Positions 1-8,610 of a DNA stretch of 50,772 nucleotides are shown in pieces. Position 1 is the first letter of the stretch, and each line of letters begins with the position of its first letter. The notes beneath the pieces are model-generated. The model searched no databases, had not been told where the DNA came from, and saw only the letters and a list, made by a program, of their open reading frames with translations. Origin of the DNA: Candidatus Rifleibacteriota bacterium (GTDB lineage: Bacteria; Muiribacteriota; Ozemobacteria; Ozemobacterales; Ozemobacteraceae); the NCBI GenBank assembly GCA_051747585.1, contig JBNJGH010000010.1:1-50772 (forward strand), given 5' to 3'. Made by a program: the position numbers and the translations under genes.

Positions 1-374
1 CCAAGCTCTTCGGCGATATCGCTGGCGGGAATTTCTACCAGACGAATATCATCTCTAAATTCCTGACGTTCAATAAGTGAAGAGTTATACATCAACATGC
101 CACCGGCTTTAATTCTTAAATTGAATTTAGCAACCGAGGGGCGATTCATTGCAATAACTGTATCAGGAACGGTAACCATGGGCGATGCGATTTCATTTTC
201 GGAAAGAATTACAGTGCAGTTGGCTGTTCCGCCACGCATTTCGGGGCCGTATGAGGGAATCCAGGAAACGTTTTTTCCTGCTCTCATACCGGTTTCGGCC
301 AACACTTTACCTAAAAAGAGAATGCCCTGACCACCGAAACCTGCCAGAATAATTCTTTCAACTTTTGACGACAT
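1..374 (-). CDS. 2-oxoacid:ferredoxin oxidoreductase gamma subunit, second copy (3'-truncated by window edge)
   Basis: Not in the ORF track. Manual translation from ATG at 374: MSSKVERIILAGFGGQGILFLGKVLAETGMRAGKNVSWIPSYGPEMRGGTANC..., open to position 1. GAGGAGG RBS upstream. Confidence 0.93.
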   Translation of the reverse strand, partial: MSSKVERIILAGFGGQGILFLGKVLAETGMRAGKNVSWIPSYGPEMRGGTANCTVILSENEIASPMVTVPDTVIAMNRPSVAKFNLRIKAGGMLMYNSSLIERQEFRDDIRLVEIPASDIAEEL

Positions 375-403
375 ATAATGCCTCCTCGGAATTTATTGCA
401 TAA

Positions 404-430
404 TGCGAGGCTCCCTTAACAGAGCCCCGC
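404..430 (-). other. Intergenic stem-loop between the beta and second gamma genes
   Basis: Minus strand GCGGGGCTC-TGTTAAGG-GAGCCTCGC, a 9-bp stem with one G.U pair. No strong U-tract on the coding strand. Confidence 0.5.
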
Positions 431-438
431 AGAATTTT

Positions 439-1191
439 TTACGCCTTTTCAATGCCGGTTGTGTCTTTATAGGTTCCCAGAGGGAAAACCGGCAACATGT
501 TTTCTGTTAACCATTCATGAGATTCGATTGGCTTTTTGCCCCAGTTGGTCGGACAAATTGAAACTACTTCAACGAATGAGAAGCCTTTGCCTTCTTTCTG
601 CAGTTTAAATGCATTGAGAATAGCTTTTTTGGCTTTCATAAGATTAGCGGTATTGTTAACAGTAACACGGGTAATATAAGACGGACTTTCCAGAGTTGCA
701 AGCATTTCGCACATTTTTATCGGATGTCCGGCAGTGGCGGCATCACGACCATAGGGCGAAGTCTGTGTTTTCATACCAATCAGAGTAGTTGGAGCCATCT
801 GCCCCCCGGTCATACCATAAATAGCGTTATTTACAAATATTACCGTCATATTTTCGCCACGGTTGGCGGCATGAATTATTTCTGCGGTACCAATAGCAGC
901 CAGGTCACCATCACCCTGATAGGTGAATACTATGCTGTCTGGTCTGGTTCTTTTAATACCGGTTGCAACTGCAGGCGCACGACCGTGCGGTGCCTGGTTA
1001 AAGTCCAGATCGTAGTAGTCGTAAGCAAAAACCGAGCAACCAACCGGTGCAACACCAATGGTTCGGTCTTTAAGTTCGAGTTCGTCGATCGATTCGGCGA
1101 TTAGTCTGTGAATTACCCCGTGATCGCAGCCGGGACAATAATGGAATGGAGTTTTACTTAAGCTTTCTGGTCTTTTAAAAACCTGTTTCAT
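439..1191 (-). CDS. 2-oxoacid:ferredoxin oxidoreductase beta subunit (TPP-binding, VOR-like)
   Basis: YCPGCDHG, PVGCS, HGRAPAVATG, TPP motif GDGD...NNAIYGMTGGQ, and CPTNW. Confidence 0.95.
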   Translation of the reverse strand: MKQVFKRPESLSKTPFHYCPGCDHGVIHRLIAESIDELELKDRTIGVAPVGCSVFAYDYYDLDFNQAPHGRAPAVATGIKRTRPDSIVFTYQGDGDLAAIGTAEIIHAANRGENMTVIFVNNAIYGMTGGQMAPTTLIGMKTQTSPYGRDAATAGHPIKMCEMLATLESPSYITRVTVNNTANLMKAKKAILNAFKLQKEGKGFSFVEVVSICPTNWGKKPIESHEWLTENMLPVFPLGTYKDTTGIEKA

Positions 1192-1208
1192 ATTCTGCCT
1201 GGCTCCTT

Positions 1209-2291
1209 TCAGTCGGGTCTTACTATTTTATCAACTTCGTTGAGAATTTCAAAATCAGATGGAATTGTTCCGCCAGTTCTACCAAAGAAATAGACCGGTT
1301 TTTTGCCGTTAACAGCAAGTTTTACATCTTCTACCATCTGACCGCATGACATTTCAACAACAAGAAAATTGTCAGTTTTTTCGGCATATTTTTGCATAAT
1401 TTCTGTTGGGAAAGGCCATAGCACTTTGGGTCTTACCAGACCGGCTTTTATACCACGTTTGCGGCATTTTTCGACAACAGTTTTGAGAATTCTGGAAATG
1501 ATACCATAACCCACCAGAATAATTTCGGCATCGTCGCACAGATGCTCTTCAACAGCCATATCTTTAAATTCGCCGGTAGCGAACTTGTTGGTTATAACCT
1601 GATATTTCTGATAAAGATGCCAGTTATGTTCTTCGAGCTCGTCAACATCGAGAAAAATTGAAGTGCAGAGATTGCGCTCTTTTTTATCTTCGCCTCTGTA
1701 ACCAAGAGCCCATTTTTTAATATTCATGTCATAATCTTTGGGTTCCGGCAGGTCGACGGGTTCCATCATCTGGCCAAGAACACCATCACTGAGCATTAAG
1801 ACAGGATTTCTGAACTGGTCTGCCAGCTCAAAACCCTGAATGGTCATATCAGCCATTTCCTGAACGGAATTTGGAGCAAGAACTATGGTGCGATAGTCGC
1901 CATGTCCGCCACCACGAGTAGCCTGCCAGTAATCAGACTGAGCGGGAGCGATATTTCCAAGACCGGGGCCGCCACGCACTACATTAACCAGGAAGCATGG
2001 GACTTCTGACCCGGCAATATAAGATATACCTTCCTGTTTCAGACTCATTCCGGGGCTGGAGCTGGAAGTCATAACACGAGCACCGGCGCTTCCTGCACCG
2101 AGCACCATATTTATTGCCGCAACTTCACTTTCAGCCTGAACAAAAACACCTTCAACCTGTGGCAGTCTTTTAGACAAATATGCCGGCAATTCAGATTGAG
2201 GGGTGATAGGATAGCCAAAATAATATCTGCAACCAGCTAATACAGCAGCTTCGCCAATTGCTTCGTTACCTTTCATCAGTACCTTTGCCAT
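1209..2291 (-). CDS. 2-oxoacid:ferredoxin oxidoreductase alpha subunit (3-methyl-2-oxobutanoate dehydrogenase VorB-like)
   Basis: MKGNEAIGEAA, GYPITPQSE, QAESEVAA, TSSSSPG, RGGPGLG. Confidence 0.95.
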   Translation of the reverse strand: MAKVLMKGNEAIGEAAVLAGCRYYFGYPITPQSELPAYLSKRLPQVEGVFVQAESEVAAINMVLGAGSAGARVMTSSSSPGMSLKQEGISYIAGSEVPCFLVNVVRGGPGLGNIAPAQSDYWQATRGGGHGDYRTIVLAPNSVQEMADMTIQGFELADQFRNPVLMLSDGVLGQMMEPVDLPEPKDYDMNIKKWALGYRGEDKKERNLCTSIFLDVDELEEHNWHLYQKYQVITNKFATGEFKDMAVEEHLCDDAEIILVGYGIISRILKTVVEKCRKRGIKAGLVRPKVLWPFPTEIMQKYAEKTDNFLVVEMSCGQMVEDVKLAVNGKKPVYFFGRTGGTIPSDFEILNEVDKIVRPD

Positions 2292-2301
2292 TTATATCTC
2301 C

Positions 2302-2514
2302 TTACTTTTCTTCTTTGAAGATTTCTATCGCTACATCTGGACAGCTTTTTGCGCAAATCGCACAGCTGGTACATTTTTCTTCATCCAGAATAGTTGCGGG
2401 GTGAACGCCTTTAGGTGTGAGATGGTCGGCAAATCCCAGTATTTTAAGAGGACATCGGGAAATACAGATTCCACAACCTTTGCAAAGATTTTCATTAATT
2501 ACCCATTTGGACAT
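2302..2514 (-). CDS. 2x[4Fe-4S] ferredoxin-type delta subunit
   Basis: Two CxxCxxCxxxCP motifs (CKGCGICISRCP; CTSCAICAKSCP). GGAGG RBS. Confidence 0.95.
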   Translation of the reverse strand: MSKWVINENLCKGCGICISRCPLKILGFADHLTPKGVHPATILDEEKCTSCAICAKSCPDVAIEIFKEEK

Positions 2515-2563
2515 TTTTTATTTCCTCCAGTGTAATATCCGGATTATACCCGGAAACAACTTA

Positions 2564-3118
2564 TCAATTCAAGCTTTCAGCAAACTCAAAACCTTTTTTG
2601 AAGGCATTGATATTTATTTCAAGCAGCTCTTTCTTCGAAGCCGGCAGGAAATTTGGAAAAGCATTAACAACTTCATCATAGGTAAACAAACCACTGAGTT
2701 TAGAATAAACTCCTGCCATAATTACGTTGGCCACTTTATCGTTTCCAATTTCATTAGCCATTTCACTTGCAGGCACAGAATAGGTCTTGATATCTTTACG
2801 AAATTCGGTGATATCAATAAGCGAGGAGTTTACAATCATAGTTCCGCCCTCTTTAACCTTTGGTTCGAATTTGGTTACAGACGGCTTGTTCATCGCAATC
2901 AAAGCATCTGGTTCCAGCACGATCGGTGATGCAATTTCATTTTGTGAAATTACTACAGAACAGTTAGCTGTTCCGCCACGCATTTCCGGACCGTAAGAAG
3001 GAATCCAGGAGACTTTTTTACCGACAGCCATTCCGACTTCGGCCAGCACTTTGCCCAGGAAGAGAATTCCCTGACCGCCAAAACCGGCCAGAATAATTTC
3101 TTCAGTTTCCTTTCCCAT
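2564..3118 (-). CDS. 2-oxoacid:ferredoxin oxidoreductase gamma subunit, first copy
   Basis: AGFGGQG, PSYGPEMRGGTANC, C-terminal INAFKKG. AAGGAG RBS. Confidence 0.95.
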   Translation of the reverse strand: MGKETEEIILAGFGGQGILFLGKVLAEVGMAVGKKVSWIPSYGPEMRGGTANCSVVISQNEIASPIVLEPDALIAMNKPSVTKFEPKVKEGGTMIVNSSLIDITEFRKDIKTYSVPASEMANEIGNDKVANVIMAGVYSKLSGLFTYDEVVNAFPNFLPASKKELLEININAFKKGFEFAESLN

Positions 3119-3208
3119 ATCTTATCTCCTTATACATGGCCTTAAAATTTCGGTTTTTTCCGAAAAAAGCCTGATCTAATCAATTAATACTACTGCAGCG
3201 CTAAAATT

Positions 3209-3949
3209 TCAATGATTAGCATTAACTCCAAAGTGCCATGGAGTATCCCAATAGCGATTAATTGCGAATATCAGCCGGTCAGAAAATTGAAAAAATTCCG
3301 GAGCATTCAACTTATTACCAGTAAGTTCATTGGCAAGCTTATTTTCTGCCACACAAAATGCTACTTCAACCCCGGATTTATTAGAGAATTCATCTACCAA
3401 TTTCAATCCGTCATTAAAAGAGTCTTTATCGGTACTACCCGACAAATTCGGGTTTGCAATAATAAAGTCGGGCTTCATAGCACTTAAATCAGATAAATGC
3501 GAAAAATTTTCTTCTATTCCTTCAATGGTAGAAAAGCCTGGTCTGAAAGGGTTAACTACAAAAAAAACAAGAGCATTACGCTTTCGCGCGTCTTCTGCCA
3601 TTCTGCCCAGCGGCCTCAAACCCGGTTCTCCTCCGCCGATGTCACAGACAACTGCATTGCCGGGATTTTCGATTGCTCCCCATGCAGCGCCGGGTAACCC
3701 CGGAATATCACCATTAACTACCTTTTTAATTGGGGTAATCAGATTAATGCCGATTTTTTCCATTTCTTCTCTAAGTTTACGAACTCGAAAAAATGGATTA
3801 ACTATATCGAGATCTATAAGGCTGACTTGTTTGAACTGGTTTATTTTCCAGGCAGAAAGATTTAACGACAGTTCGGTTTTTCCGGCACCGGCACCACCGA
3901 TAAGAAAAGTAACGGGAGCCTCAGAACGGGAATAAAATTCGGGTTTCAT
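3209..3949 (-). CDS. P-loop ATP-binding protein (MinD/ParA/CobQ-like) of the type found upstream of VOR-like operons
   Basis: Walker A GGAGAGKTE, DLDIVNPFFR, and DIGGG. The start overlaps the upstream stop (TGATG). Confidence 0.75.
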   Translation of the reverse strand: MKPEFYSRSEAPVTFLIGGAGAGKTELSLNLSAWKINQFKQVSLIDLDIVNPFFRVRKLREEMEKIGINLITPIKKVVNGDIPGLPGAAWGAIENPGNAVVCDIGGGEPGLRPLGRMAEDARKRNALVFFVVNPFRPGFSTIEGIEENFSHLSDLSAMKPDFIIANPNLSGSTDKDSFNDGLKLVDEFSNKSGVEVAFCVAENKLANELTGNKLNAPEFFQFSDRLIFAINRYWDTPWHFGVNANH

Positions 3950-4518
3950 CAGATTACGTATTCCCGTCTTGCCAGATCAATAATTTTTTCATAATTTTCG
4001 TCATCTACCCGCCCAATAATTTCGTGCATCAACATTTCCATGGTTGTCACCACTGCACCGGCAGAACGCATTTTATTAACAGCGGCTTTCCAGTTAACTT
4101 TTTTTCGGGCACTGGTAGCATTAAGAACTACATGAACCTTGTATCCCCTGCTGATAGCATCGAGCACAGTCTGACAGACAGAGATATGAGCTTCCATTCC
4201 GGCAATTACCAGGGTGTTAATATTCATAGATTCAAGCCTCAGGGTGAGGTCTTCATTACCAAACACACTGTATCTGCTTCTTTTTATGGGCTCCAGACGA
4301 GGAACCAGTTTTTTAACTTCTTCAATAGTACTGCCGAAACGATTCGGAGAAAGCTCGGTCAATAATACCGGAAGACCAACTAGACCAGAAAATGATACAA
4401 GAGTTTTAATATTGTTAATCATTGCTTCTTTTTTATAGATTGGCTTGATACATTTTTTTTGAACATCTGCAATAAGTAGAACACTACCTTCTCTGGAGAG
4501 AATGTCGGGGTGTTTCAT
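3949..4518 (-). CDS. Isochorismatase/cysteine hydrolase family protein
   Basis: LLIADVQ, LTE..P..FGST, and GMEAHISVCQT..DA...GYKVHVV. The usual catalytic Cys position is Ser. Confidence 0.85.
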   Translation of the reverse strand: MKHPDILSREGSVLLIADVQKKCIKPIYKKEAMINNIKTLVSFSGLVGLPVLLTELSPNRFGSTIEEVKKLVPRLEPIKRSRYSVFGNEDLTLRLESMNINTLVIAGMEAHISVCQTVLDAISRGYKVHVVLNATSARKKVNWKAAVNKMRSAGAVVTTMEMLMHEIIGRVDDENYEKIIDLARREYVI

Positions 4519-4534
4519 GTTTGTCTTCTCCTGT

Positions 4535-5290
4535 CTATATGGTCATTTTGAAATCTTTGCCACAGTTGTTATCCCAGCGAGTGAAAAGCCGGCCATTTTC
4601 ATCAACAGAAACCAGCTTGAAACAGTAATGAAGCGTTGTACCTTTAGGTGCCCACACCCGGGCAAAAAACCTTCGAGGTGGCTTAATACGCTTCAGCACC
4701 AGCAATCTACCTTTTTCGAATAAAGGATCACCGGCTCTATATGGTGTTCTGCTGACGGAAAACTCTCCGTTCCAGTCTATGCCTTCTACTTCGAGTTCGG
4801 TATCTTGCGGATACGACCATCCATCAATGCTCCAATGCATAATAATATGGGAACATAAGCCGGAATGGTCTATATATTCCACATCTTTTGGAATAATCAA
4901 CTGGGTAAAGGTGTCGCTGATTTTTTCAGAGCCGTCGCCATACTGAACTTGAAAATAGTAATGAAACAGGTACCTGATTTGCTCTTCGAAATGAGTGGGT
5001 AACCTGACGACCCATGACCGCCTCAACGGCACAGTGCCCCATTCGGGCATCATGACGAAGCTGTCAAGATTGTTCCAGTTAGCCGGCAGACTGATTTTGC
5101 CAAGGGTAGTGTTTAATGTAACCGCCTGTATACCGTCTTCGTGATCAACCCAGTTTTTTTTAAGATAGGTATAACCTTCAAAGGGGCGAGTATTTGGCGC
5201 ATCAAGAGCTGCGCCCTTGGAATCAGGGGATTTTTGAGGATTTTCAGCGTTTTCTTTTTGTTGAACAACTATCTCTGTTTCTGTGGTCAT
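4535..5290 (-). CDS. Hypothetical cytoplasmic protein with CBM21-like (starch/glycogen-binding-like) C-terminus
   Basis: HWSIDGW and terminal WDNNCGKDF motifs. ATG at 5290 is preferred over TTG 5317 because of an AGGA RBS and an extended -10 at 5321-5329. Confidence 0.55.
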   Translation of the reverse strand: MTTETEIVVQQKENAENPQKSPDSKGAALDAPNTRPFEGYTYLKKNWVDHEDGIQAVTLNTTLGKISLPANWNNLDSFVMMPEWGTVPLRRSWVVRLPTHFEEQIRYLFHYYFQVQYGDGSEKISDTFTQLIIPKDVEYIDHSGLCSHIIMHWSIDGWSYPQDTELEVEGIDWNGEFSVSRTPYRAGDPLFEKGRLLVLKRIKPPRRFFARVWAPKGTTLHYCFKLVSVDENGRLFTRWDNNCGKDFKMTI

Positions 5291-5320
5291 TAAGTATTTC
5301 CTGAAAATTCGTGACAATTC

Positions 5321-5329
5321 AGTATAACA
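5321..5329 (-). promoter_or_regulatory. Extended -10 sigma70-type promoter
   Basis: Minus strand TGtTATACT about 30 nt upstream of the ATG at 5290. Confidence 0.45.
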
Positions 5330-5365
5330 TATTAATACTTAATAAATAACCCCCGTTACAGCCCA

Positions 5366-5403
5366 AAATTGTCATTGCGATGAGCATCGCGAAGAAGCAA
5401 TCT
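5366..5403 (+). repeat. REP-like repeat, left arm of an inverted pair
   Basis: AAATTGTCATTGCGATGAGCATCGCGAAGAAGCAATCT, 33/38 identical to the reverse complement of 5919-5956. Confidence 0.8.
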
Positions 5404-5413
5404 TTGATATTCT

Positions 5414-5448
5414 AAAATAACAGATCGCCCGAGCGAATCGGACGATCT
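5414..5448 (-). terminator. Intrinsic terminator of the ferritin-like gene
   Basis: Minus strand AGATCGTCCGA-TTCGC-TCGGGCGATCT followed by GTTATTTT. Confidence 0.7.
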
Positions 5449-5491
5449 TGAATAAAGCTTTCAGTTTAAGAAATAATAGAAATTTTTTTTA

Positions 5492-5797
5492 TTATTTTTT
5501 GAGTTCGGCTATCATTTCTTCGACTTCTTCGTAGCCTTCCTGATAGAATTTTTCTTCTTCAGGATCAAGTTCACGCAGAAGTCTCAAAAATTCACCGGCA
5601 TGCTCTTTTTCTTCATTGGCGATATCGAGCAAAACTTCTTTAGCCAGCTTATTATCCGCGCTTTCTGCAGTTTGCTGATAAAGTTGAATAGCTTCATATT
5701 CGGCAGCAATCATAAATCTGATAGAGCGAATAAGTTCTTCTCTGGTAAGTTTGCGATCATCTTTTTTTACTGTAAAGGGGTTACAAAATTCCGGCAT
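5492..5797 (-). CDS. Small ferritin-like/rubrerythrin-family di-iron protein
   Basis: AAEYEAIQLY and DIANEEKEHAGEF ferroxidase-type motifs. AGGAGG RBS. Promoter-like TTGAAA-N18-TATTAT at 5828-5857. Confidence 0.88.
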   Translation of the reverse strand: MPEFCNPFTVKKDDRKLTREELIRSIRFMIAAEYEAIQLYQQTAESADNKLAKEVLLDIANEEKEHAGEFLRLLRELDPEEEKFYQEGYEEVEEMIAELKK

Positions 5798-5918
5798 TAA
5801 CGAATCCTCCTAATTAATTGTTTAAAAATAATAACATGCAAAACCCCTGCTTTTCAAATGAACCAAGTTCAACCCCAGTAATAATTCATTTGTTTGTAGA
5901 AACCATTTCAAGACATTT

Positions 5919-5956
5919 AGATTGCTTCGTCGCTACACTCCTCGCAATGACAATTT
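5919..5956 (-). repeat. REP-like repeat, right arm of the inverted pair
   Basis: AGATTGCTTCGTCGCTACACTCCTCGCAATGACAATTT, inverted relative to 5366-5403. Confidence 0.8.
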
Positions 5957-5966
5957 GTGGTTGGAT

Positions 5967-7340
5967 TTAATTACCGAGGGTATTTTGGGCTGATTCTATA
6001 TCTCTAATCATTGACTGAGCATCTTGCACCATTTTGTCGCCGGGATCGAGACTAATAACTCGCTGGAATTCCGTTACTGCGCGGTCGAAAGCGCTAGAGT
6101 CGCCTGCCAGTCCCTTGTCGGTCCAGGCAAGACCTAGATGATAATGATAATCGGGCTTTTTGTTATCAATCTCAATTGCCGTTTCAAATTTTGCAATGGC
6201 TTCTTCAAGCTTACCTTTTTTATAAAGCCCATAACCTTCATCATGAATTTTTTTTGCCTTCGGGTTTTCAGGTTTGTCGCTCGCTTTGCTGTTACCACCC
6301 GTTTTTTTATTCTTTTTCAGCGATTCCCAGACGTCCTCTTTTTCTTTTTCTTTCTCTTTAGCAGCAAGTTCCCGGGCAAGCCTTTCTTCTTCTTCGCGCT
6401 TAAGTGCCAACAGTCTTTCTTTCTCCTGCTCTTTCCATTCATTAATTTTTACAAAAGCTTTATCGAGAATTTGCTTATGCTTTTCTGCCTCTTTTCCGAT
6501 GCTTGTGAGTAAAAGGTTGGCCTGCCCATACAAGCCGTCGACAAAGTTAATCATTCCCACATAATAGCGAGCCTCAAGATTGTCTGGTTGTTCTTTTAAT
6601 CTGGTAACATAGACATCGCGCGCCTCTGACAGCATGCCGTCATCATCTTCTGCCGCCAGGGCAGGATCATCGAGAATAAGTTGAAAATATTTTTCGAGAC
6701 CTGAAGCCAGCCCTTTATTATTCCAGGCATCGAGAGCAGGCCGGAGTGGACTTTCTTCATTTTCCTCAAAAATAGACAGATCGATTTTTTTTTCTTCCGG
6801 CTTTTCTTGTTTTATAACAAGATCATCAAAAACAAGAAGACGCTTTTCTTCGCTGTCACTTTTAATTTTCTCTTCAGGTATGACCAGACCATATTTTCGC
6901 TGGCCCGTATTTTTTCCCAGAAGGTTGAAAGATTCTTGAATAACCGAATCCTTTGAAGACTTGGGCTTTTTATCTTCTAAAGTCCCAAGCAGCTTCTGTA
7001 ATTTTTCCACTCTAGGGTGATCGGGAGCCTGAGCAGCAGCCATGCGCAAAAGCCTTCTGGCTTCTTTGAAGTTTTTAAGATCAGCATATACCTGAGCAAG
7101 CCAGACTTGAGCAGAAAAATTAGTTTCATCAATAAGAAGAACATTTTCAAATTCAATTGCAGCAGCGTCAAGATCGCCTTTTGCATAGCATTTCTGCCCG
7201 GCACTTAGAAATTCTTCGACATCACCGGGAGTTTGAGCAACAAGGCCTGCAGCAAAAAAAAGTAGAAGTATTCCAATAGTTAAAGAAATCTTAGCTGAAA
7301 AGGATTTATTTAAAATCAATCTTACGTCCCATAACTGCAA
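5967..7340 (-). CDS. Exported TPR-repeat protein (start uncertain)
   Basis: Hydrophobic signal-like N-terminus, N- and C-terminal TPR clusters, and a central coiled-coil E/K-rich segment. Confidence 0.75.
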   Translation of the reverse strand: MQLWDVRLILNKSFSAKISLTIGILLLFFAAGLVAQTPGDVEEFLSAGQKCYAKGDLDAAAIEFENVLLIDETNFSAQVWLAQVYADLKNFKEARRLLRMAAAQAPDHPRVEKLQKLLGTLEDKKPKSSKDSVIQESFNLLGKNTGQRKYGLVIPEEKIKSDSEEKRLLVFDDLVIKQEKPEEKKIDLSIFEENEESPLRPALDAWNNKGLASGLEKYFQLILDDPALAAEDDDGMLSEARDVYVTRLKEQPDNLEARYYVGMINFVDGLYGQANLLLTSIGKEAEKHKQILDKAFVKINEWKEQEKERLLALKREEEERLARELAAKEKEKEKEDVWESLKKNKKTGGNSKASDKPENPKAKKIHDEGYGLYKKGKLEEAIAKFETAIEIDNKKPDYHYHLGLAWTDKGLAGDSSAFDRAVTEFQRVISLDPGDKMVQDAQSMIRDIESAQNTLGN

Positions 7341-8586
7341 TTTTAATCTTGTTTCTCGCTCTGGTTTTAAACACGTGCAACTGTTTGCCGGTGTAATTAA
7401 TACCTCCGGCAGCGATCATCTCAAGAAAGCCATCATTATCAAGGTCAGCAAAAGTTAGAGGAGCAACGGTTTTGCCAATGTATTTCGGATAACCCGACAG
7501 TGGAACACCGGTACGAGACAAAGCCATTATATAGCCCGCTTCTTCTCCTACGCCTTCAGGGTTCCAGGCTGTAAAAACCAGGTCAAGACTGCCATTGCCA
7601 TCGATATCAATAATTCTGGGAGCATGATAAATAGCATGACCGGTTTGAAAGGGCCAGCCCTCCAGGGGATTGCCCTGACTGTCGCATACAGCAATGACTC
7701 CGTCAGCCTGTCCTATAATAAATTCATCCTTACCGTCACCGTTGAGGTCTGCAAGACGGGGAGCAGTATGAGCTCCGTCGCTTAGAGCAAATTCAGAAAT
7801 TTTATTACCCGTCATGTCCCACATAATAAATTTTCGGTCGGGAGTAGTAGTAAATATCTCTTTTATTCCATCACCATCTACATCATTTGCATCGACATTA
7901 AAGGGCCAGGTTAAATTCGGTGCAGTATTTTGCGGCCAGCCTTCAGCGGCAATACCAGACATTTTTAAAACAGAAACTTCACCGCCGTCATCTTTACATA
8001 CGACTTCTTTTACTCCATCACCATCAAGGTCAGCAGTTACAACGGCGGCAGAAACAGGTCTGTCCATTTTTATTTCCCAGACCAGGTGGCCTGAGTGATT
8101 GATTCGACTAACTGTTCCGGATTTTGAGCCAACAAATATTTCCTGTTCGCCACTACCGTTAACATCAGAAATTTCAGGCGCGGAAACAAGAATTTTACCT
8201 CTGGTATCGAGCACCCATTTTTCACGCCCCAGGCTGTTAAGGCAATAAACTTTTCCATCTTGTGAGGCTACAATTACCTCAACTTTGTTATCATTATCAA
8301 GGTCTGCAAGCTGAACATCTGACAGTATTGGCCCACCCGTCTGTTTAGGCCAATAAGGTGGACGAAAAATTTCTTTTCCCGTGGATGAAAAGATATGCAC
8401 TTTGCCATCGGTAGCACCAAAAATAATGTCTTTAACTCCATCACCATCAAAGTCATTAATAACTTTAGGCTGACCATAAATATCGCCATGAACCCGGGCA
8501 CTGAATTCAACTGCCAGAAGCGGGGAAGCAACAACCCCTAGAACCACTGCAAGAATAAGGGTTTTAAAAAACAGGCCTTGTTTCAT
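7306..8586 (-). CDS. Secreted FG-GAP/VCBS-repeat beta-propeller protein
   Basis: Signal peptide. About eight DxDxDG Ca-binding blades (DFDGDG, DLDNDN, DVNGSG, DLDGDG, DVDGDG, DLNGDG, DIDGNG, DLDNDG) with GWP turns. Confidence 0.85.
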   Translation of the reverse strand: MKQGLFFKTLILAVVLGVVASPLLAVEFSARVHGDIYGQPKVINDFDGDGVKDIIFGATDGKVHIFSSTGKEIFRPPYWPKQTGGPILSDVQLADLDNDNKVEVIVASQDGKVYCLNSLGREKWVLDTRGKILVSAPEISDVNGSGEQEIFVGSKSGTVSRINHSGHLVWEIKMDRPVSAAVVTADLDGDGVKEVVCKDDGGEVSVLKMSGIAAEGWPQNTAPNLTWPFNVDANDVDGDGIKEIFTTTPDRKFIMWDMTGNKISEFALSDGAHTAPRLADLNGDGKDEFIIGQADGVIAVCDSQGNPLEGWPFQTGHAIYHAPRIIDIDGNGSLDLVFTAWNPEGVGEEAGYIMALSRTGVPLSGYPKYIGKTVAPLTFADLDNDGFLEMIAAGGINYTGKQLHVFKTRARNKIKIAVMGRKIDFK

Positions 8587-8610
8587 GATCTGCCTCCTTC
8601 AAATTTTCAC

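Noticed and set aside
97..330. Similar + strand ORFs at 97-330 and 2787-2996 (QLAVPPRISGP)
   Set aside because: They are antisense shadows of the two gamma-subunit paralogs.
5492..5797. Encapsulin nanocompartment system
   Set aside because: No encapsulin shell gene is adjacent and no evident C-terminal targeting peptide is present.
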